DNA from: an uncultured Bacilli bacterium
Lineage (GTDB): Bacteria > Bacillota_I > Bacilli_A > RF39 > UBA660
Reading direction: 5' to 3'
NCBI GenBank assembly: GCA_944373145.1
Contig: CALWAL010000002.1
Span: 22,282-86,281 of the forward strand
Length of the DNA stretch: 64,000 nt
Shown here in pieces: positions 37,780 through 48,270 of this stretch. Under the pieces are notes generated by a model that saw only the letters and a program-made list of their open reading frames with translations, ran no database searches and was not told where the DNA came from. The position numbers were made by a program, and so were the translations under genes. The stretch's first letter is position 1; each line of letters begins with the position of its first letter.

Positions 37780-39402
37780 ATGAAAACAACTTATGTATTT
37801 GGTCATAAAAATCCTGATACAGATAGCGTTTGTAGCGCTATTGCACTATCATATTTAAAAAATCAATTAGGAATGAATACAGAGCCAAGGATATTAGGAC
37901 ATCTTAACAATGAAACTAAATTTGTTTTAGATTACTTTAAAATAGAAGAGCCACGATATTTAAATGATGTTAAATTACAAATAAAAGATATTGATTACGG
38001 TAAAGGTCATATGTGTAATGCTAAACAATCATTGTATGAAGTCATCTATTATTTAAAAGAACATCATTTAAGTACTATCCCTGTTGTCAATGATAAAAAG
38101 AAATTTTTAGGGCTTCTTTCAATGAAAGATATAACTAATGAACTTATCAGTTGGGATTATGATGGTATAAATACATCTTATGATAACATTTTAAAAACAA
38201 TCCAAGGACAAGCTATTTTACGTTTTGAAGATGAAATTAAAGGCAATGTTCTAGTAGCTTCTTATCGTAGTACCACTTTTATAAATGACATTGAATTAAA
38301 CAAAAATGATATTTTAATTATAGGAGATCGTCACAGTATTATTGAATATGCAGTTAATTCAGGTGTTAAATTGATTATTATTACTGGTGATAATCAAATT
38401 AAGGAAGATCATCTAGAATTGGCTAAAAAGAATCATGTTAACATTATTAAAACAAGCTTAAGAACTTTTAATGTCGTAAAAATTATTGGTATGTGTAACT
38501 ATACTGAAACACTAATGTATTCTAAAAATATTGTATCATTTCAAGAAAATGACTATGTTAATGACTTTGTTAATCAGGCTAATAAATTAAAATATAAAGT
38601 TTTTCCAGTTTTAACTGCAAAAAAAGAATGCTTAGGTGTTATTCAAATAAATGATAGCGCTAATAAACATAAGAAACAGGTTATTTTAGTTGATCATAAC
38701 GAAAAAAGTCAAAGTGCTGATGGGTTGGATGAAGCGGATATTATTGAAATTGTTGATCATCACAAAATTGGAACAATTGGTACTAAGGAACCAATAAACT
38801 TTAGAAATATGCCTGTTGGATGCACTGCAAGCATTATATATATGATGTTTAAGGAAAACAGATTATCTATTCCTAAAAATATTGCCGGAATTATGTTATC
38901 AAGCATTATTTCTGATACTTTGCTATTTAGATCACCAACAACAACAGAAATAGATAAAGAAATTGCTTATAATTTATCTAATATAGCCGAAGTTGATATT
39001 GAAAAATATGCACAAGAAATGTTAAAAAGTGGTTCATCGTTGAAAAATAAAACAGTTGAAGATATCTTATTAACAGATTTTAAAACATTTAATTTAGATA
39101 AAATCAAATTTGGTATCGGTCAAATTAACATTATAGACATTGAAGAATTAGATAAAATGAAAAAAGAACTTAACATTTTAATAGAAGATATCATTTTAGA
39201 ACAAAACTATAATATTATTATGTTATTTGCTACTGATATTATTAGAGATGGCTCATACGTTTACTATAACGAAAATGCAAAAGATACTATTGAAGCGGCT
39301 TTTAATATTGAAAATATATATCAAGGCTTTTTCATTCCGAAAATTATTTCACGTAAAAAGCAAATCATTCCTAATTTGGTAAATGTATTTGAAGACAAGT
39401 AA
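37780..39402 (+). CDS. ppaC: family II (DHH) manganese-dependent inorganic pyrophosphatase with CBS-domain insertion (CBS-PPase)
   Basis: The DHH N-terminus is VFGHKNPDTDSVCSAIA. A tandem CBS pair is inserted, and the DHHA2 C-terminal domain carries IVDHHK. 540 aa matches the CBS-PPase class. Confidence 0.85.
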   Translation: MKTTYVFGHKNPDTDSVCSAIALSYLKNQLGMNTEPRILGHLNNETKFVLDYFKIEEPRYLNDVKLQIKDIDYGKGHMCNAKQSLYEVIYYLKEHHLSTIPVVNDKKKFLGLLSMKDITNELISWDYDGINTSYDNILKTIQGQAILRFEDEIKGNVLVASYRSTTFINDIELNKNDILIIGDRHSIIEYAVNSGVKLIIITGDNQIKEDHLELAKKNHVNIIKTSLRTFNVVKIIGMCNYTETLMYSKNIVSFQENDYVNDFVNQANKLKYKVFPVLTAKKECLGVIQINDSANKHKKQVILVDHNEKSQSADGLDEADIIEIVDHHKIGTIGTKEPINFRNMPVGCTASIIYMMFKENRLSIPKNIAGIMLSSIISDTLLFRSPTTTEIDKEIAYNLSNIAEVDIEKYAQEMLKSGSSLKNKTVEDILLTDFKTFNLDKIKFGIGQINIIDIEELDKMKKELNILIEDIILEQNYNIIMLFATDIIRDGSYVYYNENAKDTIEAAFNIENIYQGFFIPKIISRKKQIIPNLVNVFEDK

Positions 39403-39412
39403 AAAAAGATAG

Positions 39413-39916
39413 TTAACTATCTTTTTTTTGTTTAACAAATACATAATAAGAACCATTATTCATATTAGCTACATCTAAATAAGTACCATCTTTCAAAATA
39501 AATCCATACCACGGTATTAATGATTTTTCTAAGGATGTTTCCTCGCTATTCATTACTAATTTATCATAAACTAAATTAAATACAACAAAATTATCCTCAC
39601 TATATTCTTTGTTTCGCGCAAACAACTCATTCAATTCTTCCCTTGTAACTCCATATTGTGATAATTCAGTTGTAATGAATTCTACAGCCTTAGAACCTCT
39701 ATAATATTCAAATGTACCGCTATAATAATTATCATTGTGAACGCCTTTTTCTTGGTACCAATTAAATTTTGTTTCACCGAAAATCATTTCTGAACCATCG
39801 CCATTTGATACCCAAGTAGTATTACTAATTTCATCATTTATAGGAGTTTCTTTTTTAGAAAAAGAACATCCTACTAACATTAAAGTTAATAAAAATAATA
39901 AAAATATTTTTTTCAT
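39413..39916 (-). CDS. lipoprotein of unknown function
   Basis: MKKIFLLFLLTLMLVGCSF gives lipobox LVGC. 167 aa. Confidence 0.5.
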   Translation of the reverse strand: MKKIFLLFLLTLMLVGCSFSKKETPINDEISNTTWVSNGDGSEMIFGETKFNWYQEKGVHNDNYYSGTFEYYRGSKAVEFITTELSQYGVTREELNELFARNKEYSEDNFVVFNLVYDKLVMNSEETSLEKSLIPWYGFILKDGTYLDVANMNNGSYYVFVKQKKDS

Positions 39917-39960
39917 AAATCACCTTCCTACTATACTACTTTACTTTATAATATATCATT

Positions 39961-42900
39961 TCAATTGTCAATTTTTAGAGAATTCTCTAATATATCTAAC
40001 ATATCTAATAAGTAATAAATATAATGCTTATCCAAAGTGACTGTATCCAAGGTGATTATCAATTCTTTATTCTTCATTCCAAATCTAAATTTTCTAGTTA
40101 ATGAACAAACATTTAAAAATAATTGATCTCCATTTATTTTTTGAGATATCTCATTTGGAATATATACAGCAATAGAATTTTTAGTTTGAATTATTTTATT
40201 TATTCCAATTTTTTTTGCACGATTTTCAAACAATTCTTCATGCATATAAATTAAAATATCATTATTTAATGGTCCAAAACGATCTTCTAATTCTTTTTTT
40301 ATGTTTTCTAAATCATACTTAGTTTCAATTTTGTTAATTTTTTGATGAATTTCTATCTTTAAATCCTCATCTGATACATAATTATCATCAATAGTAGTTG
40401 CTACTTCAATGAGAGGTTGTTCGCTAATAATTTCTTCTGAAGTTTGCGAAATACCTTTTATCTTGTTAACTTCTTCATTTAACATTTTAAGGAAAAGTTC
40501 AACCCCAATTGAATCAACAAAACCAGCTTGTTCACTTCCTAAAATATCGCCAGCACCTCTAATTGATAAATCACGCATTGCAATCGAAAAGCCACTACCA
40601 AGTTCTGTAAATTCTTTAATTACGTTTAATCTTTTAGTAGCAACATCAGATAATTGTTTTCCTTTATTATACATTAAGTAGCAATAAGCAATTTTATTGC
40701 TGCGACCTACTCTACCTCTAATTTGATACAATTGAGATAATCCAAAACGATCGGCATCAATAATTATTAGAGTGTTGACCGTTGGAATATCAATACCTGT
40801 TTCAATTATAGTTGTACATAACATGACATCATATTCTCTTTCCATAAAGCGAATCATGACATCCTCTAATTCTCTTTTTTCCATTTTACCATGCGCACAT
40901 ACAATACGAGCTTCCGGTACCAAAGATTGAACCAAACGAGCTTTAACATCCATATCGTCAATACTGTTATACAAAATAAAAATTTGTCCTTTACGTGCTA
41001 ATTCTTTATAAATCGCATCTTTTATGATTTTATTATTTTCTTCTAATACATAAGTTTGGACAGGATAACGGTTTATAGGAGGCGTTTCAATTAAAGATAA
41101 ACTACGCACTCCAGCCATTGACATTTGCAATGTTCTCGGTATTGGTGTTGCACTTAAAGTTAAAACATCAATATTATTTTTATATTGCTTAATCTTTTCT
41201 TTATGCTTTACGCCAAAGCGTTGTTCTTCATCAATAATTAATAATCCTAAATTTTTAAAACATATATCATCACTTAATATGCGATGAGTACCTATTAACA
41301 AATCAATTTTTCCTTCTTGTAATCCTTTAATTGTTTCCTTTTGCTTCTTTGGAGAAATAAATCGATTTAATAAAGCAATTTCTACAGGAAAGCTTTTAAA
41401 TCTTTCCTTAGCATTATTATAATGTTGAGACGAAAGAATTGTTGTTGGGCATAGAAGTGCAACTTGTTTGCCTGACATAATAGCTTTAAAAATTGCTCTA
41501 AAAGCTACTTCTGTTTTACCATAACCAACGTCTCCACATAACAAGCGGTCCATTGGTGTTAAAGATTCCATATCTTTTTTTATTTCATCTATAGCTCTTA
41601 ACTGATCTGGTGTTTCTTCATAAATAAATTCTTTTTCAAATTGCAATTGTTCATCGCTATCTTTTTGAAAAGCAAAGCCAACTGTACTTTCTCTTTCAGC
41701 ATAAAGTTTTAAAAGATCTCCCGCTATGCTTTCTAATTTCTTTTTAACACGCAATTTTGTCTTTTGCCATTCCACACCGCCTAATTTATTTAATTTAGGA
41801 ATAGAGCCATCAGAAGACGAATATTTTGTAATTAATTCTAATCTTTCAACTGGAATATAAAGCTTATCTCCACCTTTATACTCTAGCATTAAATAATCCT
41901 TTTTTAAGCCATTTTTGACCAATGTTTTAATACCACAATAACGCCCAATTCCATGAACATTATGAACAATATAATCTCCTATTTCTAATTTATTAATATC
42001 TCTTATTTTGCTTCCAATTTTAAAATTTGTTTTATATGCAGTATGAATATCTTTTTTATTAAATATTTCTTTTTCGCTTATTACAATTATTTTATTAAAA
42101 ATATACCCTTCTGTTAATGGCTTTACTATTAAATTTATTTTACCATCAATAATATTATTTGAATTAGTATAAATAATATTATCATTATCTAAATCATTAA
42201 GTAATTTAGATGCACGGTATTGCGTATTAACACAAATAATAACTTGATATTTATCTTTTAAATAACTATTTAAACGTCTATTAATATCATTTGCATTTCC
42301 AATAAAATTTTCTATTTCATTTGAATTATATCGTATAACATTTTTTATTTCGTCAACAACATTATCAAAATTCATCAAATAAACGGTTTTATTATTTGGC
42401 TTATTAAAGTCATTCATAAATTTAGTTTTAGGGTTAAGATTAATAGATTCAGCATATTCCATCATTTCACTAACCAACAAATCATAAGCTGATATAAGAC
42501 TATTATAATCATTAAAAAAAACAATTCCATTATTAATGTAATCAATAATGCTTCTTGGCTTAATATAGTTTATTATTTCACGATATTTAACATTATCTGG
42601 TATTTTTTTACCTGTTAAAAATTCCGTAGCTGGTGGAATTATTATTTTTTCTATTTTTTCAATAGTTAATTGCGAGTCAATATCAAATTCGCGAATGCTT
42701 TCAATAGTATCTCCCCAAAATTCAATTCTTATTGGTCTCTTATAACCAATTGGAAAAATATCTATTACATACCCTCTAATAGCCATTTCACCAGTTTTAT
42801 TGACTAATACATCTCTAGAATAACCCATATTAAAGAGATTATCAATGAAATAAGACATCATATATTCATTGCCAACCTCTAATTCAATTAAACTATCACG

Positions 42901-43242
42901 ATAAATATCTTTAGATGGTAGATATCGTAAATAACCCATTAAATTAGTAACAACAATTTTTTTACCTTCTATTAATTCTTTTAAGGTTTCTAATCTAGTT
43001 ATCTTTAACTCAGGAGATATTGCTAAAGCCTCACTTGTTAAAAAATCATCCATCGGAAAAAAAACAACATCTTTTGTATAATTTAACAAACGTTGATAAT
43101 ATTTATTGGCTTCATATAAAGAAGAACATACTAATAATGCTGATTGTGAAATATTTATAAAAGTTTCATAGACATATCTAGCTTTTAATTCAGGGGTTAA
43201 GCCTATAATTCCATCATAGTTATCAAGTTCAAATAATTTCAT
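39961..43242 (-). CDS. mfd: transcription-repair coupling factor Mfd
   Basis: 1093 aa. UvrB-homology N-terminal region, RNAP-interaction domain, SF2 helicase motifs (…LCGDVGYGKTEVA…, DEEQRFG) and the TRCF C-terminal domain. Confidence 0.95.
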   Translation of the reverse strand: MKLFELDNYDGIIGLTPELKARYVYETFINISQSALLVCSSLYEANKYYQRLLNYTKDVVFFPMDDFLTSEALAISPELKITRLETLKELIEGKKIVVTNLMGYLRYLPSKDIYRDSLIELEVGNEYMMSYFIDNLFNMGYSRDVLVNKTGEMAIRGYVIDIFPIGYKRPIRIEFWGDTIESIREFDIDSQLTIEKIEKIIIPPATEFLTGKKIPDNVKYREIINYIKPRSIIDYINNGIVFFNDYNSLISAYDLLVSEMMEYAESINLNPKTKFMNDFNKPNNKTVYLMNFDNVVDEIKNVIRYNSNEIENFIGNANDINRRLNSYLKDKYQVIICVNTQYRASKLLNDLDNDNIIYTNSNNIIDGKINLIVKPLTEGYIFNKIIVISEKEIFNKKDIHTAYKTNFKIGSKIRDINKLEIGDYIVHNVHGIGRYCGIKTLVKNGLKKDYLMLEYKGGDKLYIPVERLELITKYSSSDGSIPKLNKLGGVEWQKTKLRVKKKLESIAGDLLKLYAERESTVGFAFQKDSDEQLQFEKEFIYEETPDQLRAIDEIKKDMESLTPMDRLLCGDVGYGKTEVAFRAIFKAIMSGKQVALLCPTTILSSQHYNNAKERFKSFPVEIALLNRFISPKKQKETIKGLQEGKIDLLIGTHRILSDDICFKNLGLLIIDEEQRFGVKHKEKIKQYKNNIDVLTLSATPIPRTLQMSMAGVRSLSLIETPPINRYPVQTYVLEENNKIIKDAIYKELARKGQIFILYNSIDDMDVKARLVQSLVPEARIVCAHGKMEKRELEDVMIRFMEREYDVMLCTTIIETGIDIPTVNTLIIIDADRFGLSQLYQIRGRVGRSNKIAYCYLMYNKGKQLSDVATKRLNVIKEFTELGSGFSIAMRDLSIRGAGDILGSEQAGFVDSIGVELFLKMLNEEVNKIKGISQTSEEIISEQPLIEVATTIDDNYVSDEDLKIEIHQKINKIETKYDLENIKKELEDRFGPLNNDILIYMHEELFENRAKKIGINKIIQTKNSIAVYIPNEISQKINGDQLFLNVCSLTRKFRFGMKNKELIITLDTVTLDKHYIYYLLDMLDILENSLKIDN

Positions 43243-43295
43243 ATTTTCCTCCTTTATACGCCAAAAATGATACAGTGTATCATTTATATTTATTT

Positions 43296-44129
43296 TTATT
43301 TATAACGCTCTGAAGTATACTCTTTAGGGACGCTATTACTATATATTTTTTTTAATTCTTCAAAATATTCCTGTTCAAACTCTGAAAGCTGATAAGCTTG
43401 TCTATTAAGGTTAGAATCTAAAACATCATATCTTTTATACCTCCGCATACTTTGGCTTTTAGGTATCATATATGTTTCACGATCAAATTGATAATCATGA
43501 TTCCATTCATAAAAAAGATGACCAGGGACTTGCACAGCTTCTGGTAAGCTTACCTCAGGGTAATTATTTTTTTCTTTCAAACAACTAAAAACTCTTTCAG
43601 CATATCTTATTACATCCGTTTTTCTAATTCCATATAAAATATCAATATGCTGTCCACTTATTTCATCAATTGTAGAACTCCCAAAAATAAAAATCTGTTC
43701 CCCATTTCGTAATTTAGGATGTCTATAATCTCCTCCAATGTAACATTTTTCTAATTCTGCCTGATATTCGTCATCAATCCTTAAGTTTTCCTTATCTTCA
43801 TCAGATAACCTTCTTTTAGGCATGATTACTCTAATAATAAAAGGTTTTGCTCCATAAGGTAACGCATATTTAATTTGCGCCTTAGTAACGCTACCATACC
43901 CTAAAGCTTCTTCCATACGTTCTGTTCTTTCTATAAATGACATTTCTCTTTTTATAGTAAATTCATCTGTAGGAATTTCAGTCCACGACTTTTTTATTAC
44001 CTGTTTAGCTTGAATAGTTTCATTTTGGTAACTTGTACAATGATTAAAATAAGTAAATTGTGTAGGTATAATAATCATATCTAGTTTTCGCAAATAAGCA
44101 AGAGCTTCACTTATATTTTTAAATGGCAT
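43296..44129 (-). CDS. hypothetical protein (277 aa) between pth and mfd
   Basis: No secure motif. The segment IFIFGSSTIDEISGQHIDIL weakly resembles the GS-x9-D.D core of pol-beta-type nucleotidyltransferases. Confidence 0.35.
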   Translation of the reverse strand: MPFKNISEALAYLRKLDMIIIPTQFTYFNHCTSYQNETIQAKQVIKKSWTEIPTDEFTIKREMSFIERTERMEEALGYGSVTKAQIKYALPYGAKPFIIRVIMPKRRLSDEDKENLRIDDEYQAELEKCYIGGDYRHPKLRNGEQIFIFGSSTIDEISGQHIDILYGIRKTDVIRYAERVFSCLKEKNNYPEVSLPEAVQVPGHLFYEWNHDYQFDRETYMIPKSQSMRRYKRYDVLDSNLNRQAYQLSEFEQEYFEELKKIYSNSVPKEYTSERYK

Positions 44130-44130
44130 A

Positions 44131-44694
44131 TTATTTCACTCCATTATATTTATTCATAACATTATCGAAAGGAATATTCAAAAAATCTTCAATAATTTGA
44201 GGCATTTTCTTTATAATTGGTCTTAAAAGTTCAAGCTCATCATTTGTAAATTTTCCTAAAACATAATCTTTTGTATCTATTAATTTATTATTTGATATCC
44301 CTATTTTAATTCTCTTATATTCTCTAGTTTTTAATTGCTGTTCAATGCTTTTTAAGCCGTTATGTCCTCCACTTGATCCTTTATAACGTAATCTATATTG
44401 TCCAACACTTGTATCTAAATCGTCGCAAATAATTAAAATATCTTCAATTGCTATTTTAAAAAAATTAACATAATCACGAATAACTTCACCTGATAAATTC
44501 ATATACTTTCCTGGTTTTAATAAGATAAATTTATGACCATTATTATTAACTTGTACATATGAGCCATTAAATTTACTTGAATTAAAACTAACTTGGTAAT
44601 GATTTGCAATTTCATCTAAACACATAAATCCAATATTGTGTCTTGTCAGTTCATATTCTCGTCCTGGGTTTCCAAGACCTACAATCAATTTCAT
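44131..44694 (-). CDS. pth: peptidyl-tRNA hydrolase
   Basis: MKLIVGLGNPGREYELTRHNIGF and ...GGHNGLKSI. Confidence 0.9.
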   Translation of the reverse strand: MKLIVGLGNPGREYELTRHNIGFMCLDEIANHYQVSFNSSKFNGSYVQVNNNGHKFILLKPGKYMNLSGEVIRDYVNFFKIAIEDILIICDDLDTSVGQYRLRYKGSSGGHNGLKSIEQQLKTREYKRIKIGISNNKLIDTKDYVLGKFTNDELELLRPIIKKMPQIIEDFLNIPFDNVMNKYNGVK

Positions 44695-45555
44695 TTAATC
44701 TCCTTCTTCACTTTTTAAATATTCATTATAAACATCGCTTTTTTTTAAACCACGTTCTTTAGCAACCATTTTTATAGCATCCATTTTTTTTATATCATTT
44801 TTTATGTACATATTAATGTGACTAATAATATCTAAATTAGAATAATCTTCTAATTTTTTGTTTCCTTCAACAACAAGGACTAATTCGCCTTTATATTCAT
44901 TATTTTGAGTAATTATCTCCTGAATAGTTCCTCTATATATTTCTTCAAACTTTTTTGTTAGTTCACGTGAAATACTAATTTTACGTTCATTACCAAATAT
45001 CCTAGATAATGATTCTAACGTTTCATTAATGCGATGAGGTGATTCATAAAAAATTAATGTTTCACTATTAAACCTTAAACGCTCCAATTCCTGTTCTCTT
45101 TTGCTTTTTTTACTATTTAAAAAGCCATAAAAAGTAAAAGGAAGTGGCGCTAAACCCGAAGTAATCAAAGCCGGAATTAAAGCAGTTGCACCCGGTAGCG
45201 CTACAACATTATAACCTTTTGAAATAACATGACGGGCAAGTTCATAACCAGGATCACTAATAACCGGTGTTCCACGATCGCTTACAAGTCCAACATTATA
45301 TCCATTTTTTAAATAATTTATAATTTTATCTTTATTATCTGCCTCATTATATTCGTGATTAGCAATTAAATGTTTTTTTATATTTAAAGAAGATAATAAT
45401 TTACTGCTTTCTCTTGTGTCTTCGCAAAATAGAACTTCAATTTCTTGTAATACTTTAACTGTGCGATAAGTTAAATCATCCATATTACCAATTGGCGTTG
45501 GAATTAAATATAAAGTTGGACTATTATCATAACTCTTTTGAGACATTTTTACCAC
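44695..45555 (-). CDS. rsmI: 16S rRNA (C1402-2'-O)-methyltransferase RsmI
   Basis: Tetrapyrrole-methylase-fold N-terminus LYLIPTPIGNMDDLTYRTVKVLQEIEVLFCEDTR. Confidence 0.9.
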   Translation of the reverse strand: MVKMSQKSYDNSPTLYLIPTPIGNMDDLTYRTVKVLQEIEVLFCEDTRESSKLLSSLNIKKHLIANHEYNEADNKDKIINYLKNGYNVGLVSDRGTPVISDPGYELARHVISKGYNVVALPGATALIPALITSGLAPLPFTFYGFLNSKKSKREQELERLRFNSETLIFYESPHRINETLESLSRIFGNERKISISRELTKKFEEIYRGTIQEIITQNNEYKGELVLVVEGNKKLEDYSNLDIISHINMYIKNDIKKMDAIKMVAKERGLKKSDVYNEYLKSEEGD

Positions 45556-45556
45556 C

Positions 45557-46282
45557 TCAGTTTTCTTGAAAAAATTTTTTTATTTGTTCTGTATATTCAC
45601 CAGTTGCATTGTGGGAATAAAGTGGAGCACATACATGCAAGCCAGGTGAACCATTTTTTCGACCTTCAACTAATAAAATATTGGCTTCTTCATTCATTTT
45701 AGGATAAACAAACTGAATCCGTTTAGGCTCTATTTTATATTTGCGCATCGTTTCTAAAATTTCTAATAGTCGTTCTGGTCGGTGAACCATTCCAAAGACT
45801 CCATTATTATCTAATAGCCTAGATACTATTTTTAACAACTGATCTAAATTTAAACATACTTCATGACGAGCTATTGTCTTATATTCATTTTTATTAATGT
45901 TAGAATCTTTTGTGTATTTAAAAAAAGGAGGATTGCAAGTTATTATTTGAAAACTGCAACTATCCCATTTATTTTCTATTTTATTTATATCAGCATTTAT
46001 TATTTCTATTTTATCTTCTTTATGGTTAATTTTGATTGATTCTTGGGCTAATTTATAAACTTCAGGTTGTATTTCAACACCAATTATTTTAGAAGATGTT
46101 TTAGTTGATAAAATAAGGGGAATCGGCGCATTACCACAGCCAATATCCAAAATTTGCTTTGTGTTTTTTGGTATTGTAATAAAATTTGGTAACAATACTG
46201 AATCTAAAGAAAAATTAAACATATTAGTATCTTGAACAATGTATAAATTTTTATATCCTAATAAATAATTAGTTACTTTCAT
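45557..46282 (-). CDS. SAM-dependent N6-adenine methyltransferase of the YabB/TrmN6 family
   Basis: SAM motif ILDIGCGNAPIPLIL and the amino-methyltransferase NPPFF motif. Synteny with B. subtilis yabB. Confidence 0.7.
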   Translation of the reverse strand: MKVTNYLLGYKNLYIVQDTNMFNFSLDSVLLPNFITIPKNTKQILDIGCGNAPIPLILSTKTSSKIIGVEIQPEVYKLAQESIKINHKEDKIEIINADINKIENKWDSCSFQIITCNPPFFKYTKDSNINKNEYKTIARHEVCLNLDQLLKIVSRLLDNNGVFGMVHRPERLLEILETMRKYKIEPKRIQFVYPKMNEEANILLVEGRKNGSPGLHVCAPLYSHNATGEYTEQIKKFFQEN

Positions 46283-47066
46283 TTCCGTCTCTCATAAATT
46301 CTACAATACCAACGTTGGGAATATCTACACGATAAGTTCCTTTTAATATGTCGATACTTAAAACTTTTCCTTCTCCTTTTAATGTTTTAATTTTTTTACC
46401 AACTTTAGGCATTCCTTGACGGCACTCTTTATAACACTCGTCTTCATATTTTAAGCAGCAAAGCAAGCGTCCGCACACTCCATTTATTTTTGTAGGATTT
46501 AAAGCTATATTTTGATTTTTTGCCATATTTATTGAAACTGAGTCAAAATCAGACATAAATTTTGCACAGCATAAATTTCTCCCACATTGACCATAACCGC
46601 CAATTTCTTTTGCTTTATCACGAACACCAATTTGTCGTAACTCAATACGAGTTTTATAGATATTTGCAAGTTCTTTTGCTAATGTTCTAAAATCAACTCG
46701 CTCATCAGCCATAAAACGAATAAATAATTGTTTACAATCTAAAGAAAAATTAGCATCAATGACATACATATTCAATTTATTTTTTTCAATTAATTCACGA
46801 CATTTTTCTAAAGCATCTTTAGCTTTAATCAAATTTTGTTCATATTTTTCGATATCCCGCTTATTTGCTTTCTTTTTAATTTTGCTTAAAGGTTCTTTTA
46901 GACTTTCTTCTTTTATTTCATATTCTTCAGTTTGAACAATACCTATTTGTATTCCGCGTTCTGTTTCAACGATAACTTTTGTTCCAATTTCAAATGATTG
47001 ATTATCAGGTGAAAAATGATAAATTTTACCATTTTCTCGAAAAGAAACGCCAACTACCTTTACCAT
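46269..47066 (-). CDS. ricT: PSP1-domain protein YaaT/RicT
   Basis: MVKVVGVSFRENGKIYHFSPDN..., then a cysteine-rich C-terminus CGRNLCCAKF...CGRLLCCLKYE typical of RicT. Confidence 0.8.
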   Translation of the reverse strand: MVKVVGVSFRENGKIYHFSPDNQSFEIGTKVIVETERGIQIGIVQTEEYEIKEESLKEPLSKIKKKANKRDIEKYEQNLIKAKDALEKCRELIEKNKLNMYVIDANFSLDCKQLFIRFMADERVDFRTLAKELANIYKTRIELRQIGVRDKAKEIGGYGQCGRNLCCAKFMSDFDSVSINMAKNQNIALNPTKINGVCGRLLCCLKYEDECYKECRQGMPKVGKKIKTLKGEGKVLSIDILKGTYRVDIPNVGIVEFMRDGNESN

Positions 47067-47068
47067 TT

Positions 47069-48025
47069 TTATTCCTCCCCTAATTTAATCACTAATTTAT
47101 CCATTAGCATATTATTATTGATATTAAACTTTATTTTTGTACTTAATTCAACTAATATTTCAATTTTTTGACATATTTTAGTTAACGATAATTTAGTGGA
47201 CAAAGCATCAATATTATTTTTTTCTTCTACAAAATAATACAATTTATGTTTTAATTTATAATTTAAAATATCTTTATAATATAAAATCAGCCAATTAAAA
47301 GCCATTTCCAATTGTTTTTTATCATTAAACATTTCAATAAAATTTTTGTTTTTGTAAATAATCGTTTTAAATTTATTTTTTTCTAAAAAATTAACATAGT
47401 CTATTACCATTTTTATCTTATCATCCGCACCTAAATCTGCTAAAAACGCATTTGTCTCTTCTTTATTATTAAACGTAAGATTAGCCAAAATAGTTTTAGT
47501 ATCGGCATTTAAATTTTCTATATAAGGCTTTAAAGATAAAAGTTGGCAGCGTGATTTAATTGTTTCCAAAACTTGATAAATATTTTTTGTAGTTAATATA
47601 GCTATAATTCCCTCAGATGGCTCCTCTAAAAATTTTAAAATAGAATTAGAGGAAGCTATATTTAATTTTTCGGCATCTTTAATAATATAAATTTTTCGAT
47701 TACCAATTAAAGCCTTTTTACTAAATTCCCTTTGCAATTCCTCTAATTGTTCTTTTTTTATCCATTGGCCATCTGCTTCAATAATTTTTAATTCAATAAA
47801 ATTATCATTATCAATAGCATGACATTGTGAACAATTTTTGCATAAAGAATTATTTTTATATTTATAAGGACACAAAAGCGCTTTAGCCATAGCAATTGCA
47901 AAATCAAAGCCTTTTTGATAGCCATTAAATTCCAAAAGATAAGCATGACTTATTTTATCTTTATTAATTGAATTAGATAACACTTTATAAATTATTGGTT
48001 GTTCCGTTTTAAAATCATCTAACAT
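47069..48025 (-). CDS. holB: DNA polymerase III delta' subunit
   Basis: A degenerate AAA+ clamp-loader fold lacking the GKT lysine. A zinc module CKNCSQC, and SRC-like …TIKSRCQ. Confidence 0.8.
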   Translation of the reverse strand: MLDDFKTEQPIIYKVLSNSINKDKISHAYLLEFNGYQKGFDFAIAMAKALLCPYKYKNNSLCKNCSQCHAIDNDNFIELKIIEADGQWIKKEQLEELQREFSKKALIGNRKIYIIKDAEKLNIASSNSILKFLEEPSEGIIAILTTKNIYQVLETIKSRCQLLSLKPYIENLNADTKTILANLTFNNKEETNAFLADLGADDKIKMVIDYVNFLEKNKFKTIIYKNKNFIEMFNDKKQLEMAFNWLILYYKDILNYKLKHKLYYFVEEKNNIDALSTKLSLTKICQKIEILVELSTKIKFNINNNMLMDKLVIKLGEE

Positions 48026-48040
48026 GCTTACCTCCTATAG

Positions 48041-48226
48041 CTAATAAATATAACTTAATATAATAATAAGTGCAAATAAGGCGGGAATTCCCAAAACAGC
48101 TACACTTGATACTGTTATAAAATTAATTGGGATGATAAGATTTAAAGGTTGTGCTAATAAATTATACCCATATACCAAAAAAGAACTAATAATGATTTTT
48201 TTTAGCAATTTAAATATTTTTTTCAT
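48041..48226 (-). CDS. bofA: pro-sigma-K processing inhibitor BofA
   Basis: The core LIIPINFITVSSVAVLGIPALFALIII matches B. subtilis BofA IHVPINLVTTAISGILGIPGIAALVVI. The likely true start is the internal ATG (MKKIFKLL…) preceded by AGGTGA, not the 77-aa track ORF start. Gene order recR-bofA as in Bacillus. Confidence 0.6.
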   Translation of the reverse strand: MKKIFKLLKKIIISSFLVYGYNLLAQPLNLIIPINFITVSSVAVLGIPALFALIIILSYIY

Positions 48227-48270
48227 AGAATCACCTATAAAAAAATATTCATAAAAAACTATATTATTAA

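Noticed and set aside
40409-40681. 90-aa plus-strand ORF
   Set aside because: Antisense within mfd.
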